Of a stretch of DNA of 64,000 nucleotides, positions 21,590 through 29,818 are shown in pieces. The stretch comes from Arcobacteraceae bacterium (GTDB lineage: Bacteria > Campylobacterota > Campylobacteria > Campylobacterales > Arcobacteraceae), in assembly GCA_965224485.1 (NCBI GenBank), contig CBDCZH010000003.1, positions 32,705-96,704 on the forward strand, read 5' to 3'. Numbering within the stretch: the stretch's first letter is position 1; each line of letters starts with the position of its first letter. The notes under the pieces are model-generated. The model saw nothing but the letters and a program-made list of their open reading frames with translations. It was not told where the DNA came from and searched no databases. Made by a program: the position numbers and the translations under genes.

Positions 21590-22441
21590 TTAATTTAACT
21601 CTTTATAACTTTTTTTACTCTGCATATTTTCGCTATCTTCATCTAAAGAAGTATTCAAATTATCAATAGAACTAAGTCTTAAACTTTCCAGTTTTACAAA
21701 ATACGCATTCCCTAAATATATTATATAAAATACAGCAGAAAACATTGTAATAAAGGGAATCATTGATACTAAATAAAGTAATAAGGTTCTAGTTCTAAAA
21801 CCTAAAGAATTTTTTTCATATATTATTTTATATTCATCTTCATTTAACAGTGTTGAGGAAACATCAAAGTTTAATAGTTTGTGAAAAAAGTAATAAAAAG
21901 GCAAATTAAAAGCAAGTATATTAATCAACGGAATAAAATATAAAGGAAATAAAAGAATAAAGAGTAATAACATTACAAAAGTTGATTTAATTAAAACAAA
22001 TAAAGGAGAGAGAAGAGAAGCATTTCCGTTTAGAACTAAAGAAGAATAATGTCTTTTATGTAAAATTTTTAAAATCATAGGACTTAAGAAACCTATTATT
22101 ATAAGTGTTAAGAACATTGAAAACATCATTACAAAAATTGCACCAATAGTATAAAATAAAAAACCAACCAACCAAGCAGTAATTGAATACTTAAATAAAA
22201 ATACTATTAAATAAGTAAGCCAAATAAAATAAAAAGGAGCAGTTTCATTTATAATTACTTCTTGATTATTTGAAGATTGATCAATAACTACTTTTAAAGC
22301 ATCAAAACCAAAATCAGCAGCAGTAAAAAATATTATATACAGTAAAAGCATAGTAATAATTAAAGGCAGAAGAGCTATTTTTAACATAGGTTTTGTAAAA
22401 AAGTCTTTTATACTTCTAAAAATAATTTCAAATTCATTCAA
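21590..22441 (-). CDS. EI24/CysZ-like membrane protein
   Basis: Multi-TM, H..HY loop, FIPLIN and IPF motifs. Confidence 0.65.
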   Translation of the reverse strand: MNEFEIIFRSIKDFFTKPMLKIALLPLIITMLLLYIIFFTAADFGFDALKVVIDQSSNNQEVIINETAPFYFIWLTYLIVFLFKYSITAWLVGFLFYTIGAIFVMMFSMFLTLIIIGFLSPMILKILHKRHYSSLVLNGNASLLSPLFVLIKSTFVMLLLFILLFPLYFIPLINILAFNLPFYYFFHKLLNFDVSSTLLNEDEYKIIYEKNSLGFRTRTLLLYLVSMIPFITMFSAVFYIIYLGNAYFVKLESLRLSSIDNLNTSLDEDSENMQSKKSYKELN

Positions 22442-22512
22442 TGTGTTCCCTTATAATTATATAAATCATATTATTTATATAATTTTTTATATTATATCTA
22501 TTTTTGCTTCTT

Positions 22513-23388
22513 TTACTTATCAAACCTAGTTCTATATTCACATCTTTGACATAAGTCTTCTAAGTCATTTTTTTGTTTAAAAGAGTTTTTTATATCAAGT
22601 ACTTTTTGTGAGCTTAATACATCTTTTAAACTTTGTGCTTCTAGGTTACCTAGATTTATAATTCCATCTTTATCTAAACAGCAAGGAACAACAGTACCTG
22701 AGCTTAATATACCAAAATGCGAATCTAAACCATAACAAAAACCTTTTTTTGAAATATAAGGTGCATCTAAAGCTGGCCAAGTGAAATATTCATCAAAGTT
22801 AAAAAATATCTTTCTTTCTAGTCTTATATTTTTAGGTTTTTGTATATATATATCTTCAAAATTTAAACTTGAGTTAAAAAATTCATTTGCATAAGAGAAT
22901 ACTTCTTCATTAAACTCTTTTGCACTATTATCATCATCTAAGTTCCAAATTCTAAAATTTATAAAAAAATCTTGTTTATGTAAAATTGCATGTTTAGTAA
23001 AAGCAAAAATAGGATCAAGATACTCTTTTAGTGTTTTTTTATGTGAATTTGCATTATAAGAATTAAGTGAAAAGTTTATTTGCTTAATAGTTTTATGCAT
23101 TAAAGTATCAAACATACTTTCATTTAAATTATTTGCTGTTGTTGTGATATTTACTTTTAAATTATGAGAGGCTGAAATATCTAAATATTCATTTAAATTA
23201 TTTACAACTAAAGGATCTCCTACTACATGATAAGCTAACTCTTTTGTATGGCTTTTAAGCTCAGCATTTATTTTATCAAACAAGATTAAAGGCATAGTAA
23301 AGTTAGCCAAAGTTTTAGGAGGACAAAATGTACATTTTAATTTACATATATTTGTGATTTCTATGTTTACTTTTCTAAATTTAGCTAT
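22513..23388 (-). CDS. radical SAM/SPASM domain protein (probable ATA start)
   Basis: Frame stays open upstream of the track start (23310) and contains IEITNICKLKCTFCP (CxxxCxxC); C-terminal CYG...VPCCLD...CQRC; AAGGA SD 7 nt before ATA 23388. Confidence 0.85.
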   Translation of the reverse strand: MAKFRKVNIEITNICKLKCTFCPPKTLANFTMPLILFDKINAELKSHTKELAYHVVGDPLVVNNLNEYLDISASHNLKVNITTTANNLNESMFDTLMHKTIKQINFSLNSYNANSHKKTLKEYLDPIFAFTKHAILHKQDFFINFRIWNLDDDNSAKEFNEEVFSYANEFFNSSLNFEDIYIQKPKNIRLERKIFFNFDEYFTWPALDAPYISKKGFCYGLDSHFGILSSGTVVPCCLDKDGIINLGNLEAQSLKDVLSSQKVLDIKNSFKQKNDLEDLCQRCEYRTRFDK

Positions 23389-23507
23389 AAGAAATTCCTT
23401 TTTTGGAAGTTTAGCAAAATTTATTTAAAAAACAACCAGCTATTTTTTTTATTAGCATAAACTTTGCTTAACTTAGCTATTATTCCACAAGAAATAAAGG
23501 TTTATAT

Positions 23508-23834
23508 ATGGAAATGATTTTAAATGAAAATGATATTGTTGTAGGTGCTTCTTTTGAAAACGGAACCATTCAAGATTATGTAGATGAAAATAATACTTAT
23601 GGTCTAGTAAGAAGAGAAGAAACAAGCGCAAACTGGTTTTTATATAATGATGAAGATAGTCCTGCTGAAATGAAAGACCTTTATAGAAAAGTTAAACAAG
23701 ATAAAAATCACTTCATTCAAAATGATTTTGGAGAAGAAGTTGTAATTTTTAATAAAGATGGTGCAAGCTCATATGATGACTTAGCTCTAATTATAGATAA
23801 ATATTTAAATGCAGAAATCAACCCTGCATTTTAA
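23508..23834 (+). CDS. hypothetical acidic protein
   Basis: 108-aa ORF with AAGGT SD, directly upstream of the helicase. Confidence 0.65.
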   Translation: MEMILNENDIVVGASFENGTIQDYVDENNTYGLVRREETSANWFLYNDEDSPAEMKDLYRKVKQDKNHFIQNDFGEEVVIFNKDGASSYDDLALIIDKYLNAEINPAF

Positions 23835-23846
23835 GAAGGATAAATT

Positions 23847-25151
23847 ATAGAAAAATTTACTACAGGAAATCTTTGTAAAGAGATTTTACAAGCCTTAGAA
23901 GAAGAAGGGTATAAACACCCAACATCAATACAAAAGAAAGCTATTCCAGCAGCACTTAAGAAACAAGATATTCTAGGAAGTGCTCAAAGTGGAACAGGTA
24001 AAACAGCAGCTTTTGTTTTACCTATTATTCAAAATTTAAAAGCTCATATAAACAAAGATGCAAGAGTTATAAGAGTTTTAATTTTAGTTCCAACAAGAGA
24101 ATTAGCAAATCAAATTTCTCGTGCAATTTCAAATTATGCAAGACATCTTGATATTAAACATACAGAGGTTTATGGAGGAGTTTCACATAAAGAACAACTA
24201 AGAAAGATAAGTAATGGTGTTGAGATTCTAATAGCAACTCCTGGACGTTTAATAGATCATATTGAAAATAAAAAAATTGATTTATCAAGTGTTCAAACAT
24301 TAGTTGTAGATGAAGCAGATACTATGCTTGATATGGGATTTTTAAAAGATATAGAAGCTATATTTGAACAAGCTAGTCCTAATAGACAAGTAATGATGTT
24401 CTCAGCAACTCTATCTCAAAATGTAAGAAAACTAGCAAAAGAGTTTTTATCAAACCCTTTATCTATTGAAATTCATGATAAACGATCAAATGTTGGTTTA
24501 ATTAAACATGAAATTTATAATGTAGATGCTTTAAAGAAAACTCAAATGTTATCTTTTTTAATTGGTTCTAAAAACTATTCACAAGTATTGATTTTTGTAA
24601 ATACTAAAAAAAGAGCAGATCATTTAGCCCAACAACTTAGCCTAGATGGACTTCCTTCAGAAGCAATTCATGGAGATATTAAACAACCAGCACGAGCAAG
24701 GGCTTTAAAAAAGTTTAAGAAAAATGAACTTAGAGTTTTAGTAGCAACTGATATAGCAGCACGTGGAATAGATATTGAACAATTAGCTCATGTAGTAAAC
24801 TTTGAACTTCCAGAAACATGTGATGATTTTACTCATAGAGTTGGAAGAACGGGACGAGCTGGTCATGCTGGTCACGCTATTACACTTTTATGTGTTAAAG
24901 AGTATAAACAAATGTTAGAAATTGAAAAAGAATTAATTTTAAATATTGATAGATTAACACATGAAGATTATGAACCAACAGAAAAAGCTCCAAGATTAGC
25001 AAGATTTAAGAAATCATCTTTAAGTGAAAAAAAAGGTTTAAATAAAACTTTTAGAAAAAAGAAATTAGATAAAAACCAACTTCCAAGCAAGGGTGCAAAA
25101 AAATCTAAGAAAACTACAAAACGTGATGATAATAGAAAATTTGGAAAATAA
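23847..25151 (+). CDS. DEAD-box RNA helicase, RhlE-like (probable ATA start)
   Basis: Open frame from 23844 encodes the Q motif (GY..PT.IQ), AQSGTGKT, PTRELA, TPGRL and DEAD, all upstream of the track start at 24324; SAT, ARGID and HRVGRTGR follow. Confidence 0.92.
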   Translation: MEKFTTGNLCKEILQALEEEGYKHPTSIQKKAIPAALKKQDILGSAQSGTGKTAAFVLPIIQNLKAHINKDARVIRVLILVPTRELANQISRAISNYARHLDIKHTEVYGGVSHKEQLRKISNGVEILIATPGRLIDHIENKKIDLSSVQTLVVDEADTMLDMGFLKDIEAIFEQASPNRQVMMFSATLSQNVRKLAKEFLSNPLSIEIHDKRSNVGLIKHEIYNVDALKKTQMLSFLIGSKNYSQVLIFVNTKKRADHLAQQLSLDGLPSEAIHGDIKQPARARALKKFKKNELRVLVATDIAARGIDIEQLAHVVNFELPETCDDFTHRVGRTGRAGHAGHAITLLCVKEYKQMLEIEKELILNIDRLTHEDYEPTEKAPRLARFKKSSLSEKKGLNKTFRKKKLDKNQLPSKGAKKSKKTTKRDDNRKFGK

Positions 25152-25160
25152 GGAATAAAA

Positions 25161-25538
25161 ATGTTATATATTGAAGAGAGTAATAAAAGTGCAAAAGAAA
25201 TTGTACAAACAATTCAAGATGTAATTGAAAATTATAAATTTGGAATATTACATATTCATAATCCTAAAGAAATTCTAACATCTAAAGGAATGGACTTTAA
25301 AAATGAGTGTTATATTTTAGACGTTTGTAATGCAAGTATTGCAAAAAAGTTCCTAGATATTGATATGTCAATTGCTTCAATGATTCCATGTAAGATTTCA
25401 GTTTATGAAGATAAAAATCAAACATATATAGCTATGAATTCAATTACTCAATTAGTAGATGATATAAACCCTGATTTAGTATATCTAGCAAAGGAAGCAC
25501 AAGATATTTTACTAAAATTAATAGAAGAAGTTAAATAA
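25161..25538 (+). CDS. DUF302 domain protein
   Basis: FGILH.H, ILDVCN, MIPCKISVYE. Confidence 0.8.
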   Translation: MLYIEESNKSAKEIVQTIQDVIENYKFGILHIHNPKEILTSKGMDFKNECYILDVCNASIAKKFLDIDMSIASMIPCKISVYEDKNQTYIAMNSITQLVDDINPDLVYLAKEAQDILLKLIEEVK

Positions 25539-25563
25539 GAAGTTAAAACTTCTTATTTAACTT
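25528..25563. terminator. perfect 17-bp inverted repeat, probable bidirectional terminator
   Basis: AAGTTAAATAAGAAGTT-AA-AACTTCTTATTTAACTT between convergent stop codons. Confidence 0.65.
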
Positions 25564-26554
25564 AGATTCCTAACCAACGTTTCCAAAACACCTTCAACGT
25601 TCCATCTTTTTCAAGACAAGATTTACCAGCTCTTAACTCATAAATATTTTTAGGAGAACATCGTTTTAAATCATCTTCAAATATATTTACAGAAATTAAA
25701 TTTGGCTGGGAATAAAGAATACTTATATCATCAACATTACTATCCCTTAATGTTATATATTGAAGATTACTAAGTTTTTTAAGTACTGATATATCTTTAA
25801 TTGGATTAAGTGACAAATTAATACTGAGTAAAGAAATATAGTTTGAAACAACATCAATATTTGTAATTTTGTTTGAGGATAAATTTAACTCTTCTAAATT
25901 TTTCAAATTAGTTAAACAAGAAATATCAGATATTTTATTACTATTTATATTTAGTATTTTTAGTTTTATTAGCCCATTAAGAGAACATACCTTAGTCATA
26001 TTACTATGAGAAAGAGAAAGTATTTCTAAATTTTTTAAAGTCTTTAAATATTCTAATTTAATTATTTTATTTGTACCTAAAAGGAGATGCTTAAGTTTTA
26101 TCAAACTACTAAGTGAAGATATATCATGTAAGTTTTTTAAATTTAAAGATAAATAAGTTAAATTATATAGTTTTTTTAAAGGTTGAATATCAATTATAGG
26201 ATTATAAGATAAGTTTAAATCACGTAGATTAGTTAATTTGGATAAAGGGTTTAAATTAGAGATATTATTTCTATATAAAGATAAATCTACAAGGTTTGGA
26301 AAATATTGAAGTGGACTTAAATCTGATATCTTCTTTTCTATTATTCTAAGACTTTTTCTTTTCTTTAAAAATATACTTAAGTCTTGACACTTACTTTTAG
26401 AAAATGAGTGCTCTTTTCCATCATATTGTTTAATAATTGCATCTAGAGTGTGTTCTTGCGTTCTGGTAGGATTTTCACACATTTTTATAAAATAACTTTT
26501 TGCAAAACTTAAAGTAGAAAGTAGTATTGTTATTATAAATATTTGTTTAATCAT
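25562..26554 (-). CDS. secreted leucine-rich-repeat (internalin-like) protein, candidate T6SS immunity 2
   Basis: Signal peptide (LSFA-KS), 22-aa LxxLxLxxNxIxDIxxL repeats; paralogue of 26888..27913. Confidence 0.85.
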   Translation of the reverse strand: MIKQIFIITILLSTLSFAKSYFIKMCENPTRTQEHTLDAIIKQYDGKEHSFSKSKCQDLSIFLKKRKSLRIIEKKISDLSPLQYFPNLVDLSLYRNNISNLNPLSKLTNLRDLNLSYNPIIDIQPLKKLYNLTYLSLNLKNLHDISSLSSLIKLKHLLLGTNKIIKLEYLKTLKNLEILSLSHSNMTKVCSLNGLIKLKILNINSNKISDISCLTNLKNLEELNLSSNKITNIDVVSNYISLLSINLSLNPIKDISVLKKLSNLQYITLRDSNVDDISILYSQPNLISVNIFEDDLKRCSPKNIYELRAGKSCLEKDGTLKVFWKRWLGI

Positions 26555-26834
26555 CTTTGTGGTCCTAACCTTCTTAAAAAACTATGAACTTTTTTATAAA
26601 GTTCTTTTCTACTAATAGAGTGTGATTTTATTAGTAAGTATGGAATACTACCTATCTCACCTTTAGTATCTGTTTTATCAATCAAACTACCAAAATCTCT
26701 AGCTTTAAATATTAGTTCATAATTTTTAACTAAATCAGATAATTGAAAAAGTATTTTTAAAACTCATCTTTTATCCAATATCTGCGTTCGATTAGAAAAT
26801 TTAAAAGTTCATTTACTAATTGTAAACTTCTCAT
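26551..26834 (-). pseudogene. orphan C-terminal fragment of a lipase-effector paralogue (frameshifted)
   Basis: Translation ends ...YLLIKSHSISRKELYKKVHSFLRRLGPQR*, homologous to the effector end YFMQESHSTSRRYLHKEVEEFLRRIGPEN*; AAGGA+ATG at 26834; one base short near 26760. Confidence 0.75.
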
Positions 26835-26887
26835 TTAAATTTCCTTCTCTGCCTTAATATTGAATAAAATATGAGTTTTAGTCTATA

Positions 26888-27913
26888 TTAGATTCCTAAC
26901 CAACGTTTCCAGAATACCTTCAACGTTCCATCTTTCTCAAAACAAGTTATTCCTGCCCTTACTTCCTTCATATTTTTTGGTGAACACCAAGATAGTGAAC
27001 GATTGAAGTATTCTTCTATAAATCTTTCACTAGCATCTTCAGAATATTTTATAGTTTTAGATTTTCCTAAAGGGCTTAAATACTTTATTTTTGTATCCGA
27101 AAATTGAAAAGAATTTAACTTTTTCATTTTTGCCAAAGGAGATATATCTTCAATAGGATTATTTCTAATCACTAATTCCATTAAACTATCAAGCTTAATT
27201 AATGGAGTTAAATCTGTAATTTGATTATTTTTTATTTCTAAATATTCTAAGCTTTCAAAGTTTTCTATACATTTTAAGCTTTTTAAGTTATTTGAACTTA
27301 AATATAAGCGTTTTAAAGATTTTAAATTATTAAGTTTACATAAACTATTTATTTTTATGCTATTTATTCTTGCACTAGTTTTTAAATTAGTTAGATTATT
27401 AAGTACTTCATAATTTTTCCCTCCAAATAAAAAAATTCTTTCTAATGTTTTAATATTTCTAATAGGTGAAATATCAACATTTTTACCTAAATCTATTGCT
27501 AAGTATTTTAAAGGTAAATCTTTTAAACTATCTAAACCTTTAGTAATTGTATTTCCCATTAATTCTAATTTTTCTAGTTTAGTAAGATACTTAATGGGTG
27601 TTATATCTGTTATTTGATTCCTATAAAAATCTAAGGTAGTTGTTTCGGGGAAATACTTTAAAATACTAATGTCTGTAATATTACCTCTTCTTGAATCGGG
27701 GGCATGTTTAAATTGACTTAGTCTTTTGCAAATATTTTTATCTGTATAATTAATTTGATACTTTTTTAAGGGATAAGAAGAATTTCTTTCATTAATCATT
27801 GCTTTTAAAAAAATTTCTTGAGCTATAGTTGGATTTTTACACATAGAAATAAAATTATCTTCGCAAAAACATAAACTTATTGTTAAACTTAATAATATTA
27901 ATATCTTTTTCAA
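26888..27913 (-). CDS. secreted leucine-rich-repeat (internalin-like) protein, candidate T6SS immunity 1
   Basis: Signal peptide and LRRs; TTG start overlaps the effector TGA (TTGA). Confidence 0.85.
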   Translation of the reverse strand: MKKILILLSLTISLCFCEDNFISMCKNPTIAQEIFLKAMINERNSSYPLKKYQINYTDKNICKRLSQFKHAPDSRRGNITDISILKYFPETTTLDFYRNQITDITPIKYLTKLEKLELMGNTITKGLDSLKDLPLKYLAIDLGKNVDISPIRNIKTLERIFLFGGKNYEVLNNLTNLKTSARINSIKINSLCKLNNLKSLKRLYLSSNNLKSLKCIENFESLEYLEIKNNQITDLTPLIKLDSLMELVIRNNPIEDISPLAKMKKLNSFQFSDTKIKYLSPLGKSKTIKYSEDASERFIEEYFNRSLSWCSPKNMKEVRAGITCFEKDGTLKVFWKRWLGI

Positions 27914-29818
27914 TTCTCTGGTCCTATTCTTCTTAAAAATTCTTCTACTTCTTTATGTAAATATCTTCTACTTGTTGAGTGTGATTCTTGCATAAAATAC
28001 ATTAAAACACCCATATTAAAAGCTTCTAAATTACCTACATAACGTTTATTAAAAATTGATTTTAATTTATTTAATACAATCTTAAATTCATCTAAACTTT
28101 TCTCTGCTTTGTTATCTAAGACTACAGACAATCCAAATATTCCTGTATTTCCCCAAGAATCAATACCACTATGTACTGGTGAGTGAGATAACAATGTAAA
28201 AAGTATATCCATTAAATTTGTTTGATTTGAACTACTTTGATATTGAAGTTCTTTCTTTTCTAAATTTGAAAGTAATTTATAATATCTTTGAGAGAATACT
28301 TTAGGATTTAAAGAATCATCAATTTTTTGTTGAATACCAAAAAGAGGTGTTGTATTTGAACTAATCACTGCCCTAGTAAAATTACTAGCTGATTTAGTTT
28401 GAGCTGTTTTTTTGTCATAGTCATCTCTTTTTGTTACATTTAAGCCACTTGTTGATTCATTTTCCATATAGGCTATTTTATTTTTTAGAAAAGTATCTTT
28501 AAATTGTTCCTCAGGAAATACATAGGTATCATCAAATTTTTCAATACTATTGTCTAAAATCTTAAAAAGTAAATTCCAAATTGAGATTTGATTATTTGAA
28601 ATTAATGTACTTTCATTTATATCTAAAAGTGAAGTTAATGTATCTATTAGATTTTTTGAAGCACTTAAATCTGAAAATATTCCTCTTCTACTATAACTTG
28701 TTTCATTTGATAGTACTAATTTATTCTTTTCTTCAAAGGCTTCTTTTAAAGTACCTATGTCTTTTAATATCTTTTCTAAAATCTTTATAAAAGTTAAATA
28801 AGAAGAATTATCTAAAATCTGGTGTTTTGTTTTTAGCTCACCTTTTGGGATTGTTTCTTTTAAAAAATTTGAAACTTTTATACTCTATTTCTTTATTTAA
28901 TTCTTTTATTACTTCTAGTAAACCAACCTTCTCTTTCTTAAAATAAATCAAATTTTCTAAAGCTGTAAAAAACTCTATACTTTTATCATAAAAATTTCTT
29001 CCCTCTTTTTCTGTAAGATAAAGATCTGTTAATTTATTTGTTGGTATTGCTCCATATGCAGTTTTACATTTATCTATTAGTCCTTCTTTTATAACTTTTC
29101 CTTTTTCATCAGGCTTGTTTTTAGGACTCTTTTCTCTTATTGTTACAATATTTTTATCTTCTAAAACTTTTTCAAGCGTATCTAAACTAAACATTGAAAA
29201 ATCTGCAACAAAGTTTTGTGTTAAATCATATTCATTATAAACATGTAAAACTTCTGCATCTTTATGAAAAAAGCTTTCACTAACTTTTACTTGATGAAGT
29301 TCTTTAAAAAATGGAGTAGAGAGGTATGTAAGAGATTTTATTTTCCACTTTTCAGGCCATTTATTTCCAAGTGCTGATATCTCTTTCGTCATTTCATTCA
29401 TAACATTTCCACCATGAGAGTGACCTATTAAATGAAAACAAATACTTTTATTTTTTAAACCTTCATAGTAGCCTTTATCATTATGTTCATCTTTCATGCA
29501 GAGTCTTCGTACTAAATATTTTCCCGCTACTTCTCGATTAGATATACAATTATCTCCTGACCATCCAAATTTATCAAATATTATAAAATCATTGATTTCA
29601 TTTTCTAGTTCTTTCATTCTTTTATAAAAATCATCATCCCAATACATTGAAAGAGACTGATAACTATTGGCTCGTCCTTCTGTTTTATCGTAAGATGTAT
29701 TTTGCTTGTTTTTTATACTATTTATAGGATCAGATGTACCTGGAACTAAAATATAAATATGTCTTGATTTCGTTTTTGTAACATCATTCATTACAGAAAT
29801 ACTTAATTTATTTGACAT
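27910..29818 (-). pseudogene. alpha/beta-hydrolase (lipase-like) T6SS effector, ~635 aa, split by a 1-nt frameshift (real or sequencing error)
   Basis: ILVPGT, FGWSGDN, LIGHSHGGNV, YLSTPF. Removing one base near 28876-28879 gives an uninterrupted frame through 28468-28870 into ORF 27910..28467. Confidence 0.75.

Larger units (their letters stand above)
25562..26946. repeat. 59-bp direct repeat (25562-25620 and 26888-26946), 4 mismatches
   Basis: Near-identical 3' ends of the two LRR genes (…EKDGTLKVFWKRWLGI*). Confidence 0.85.

Noticed and set aside
28581..28790. 69-aa plus-strand ORF in the effector gap
   Set aside because: Antisense shadow of the open minus-strand frame of the frameshifted effector
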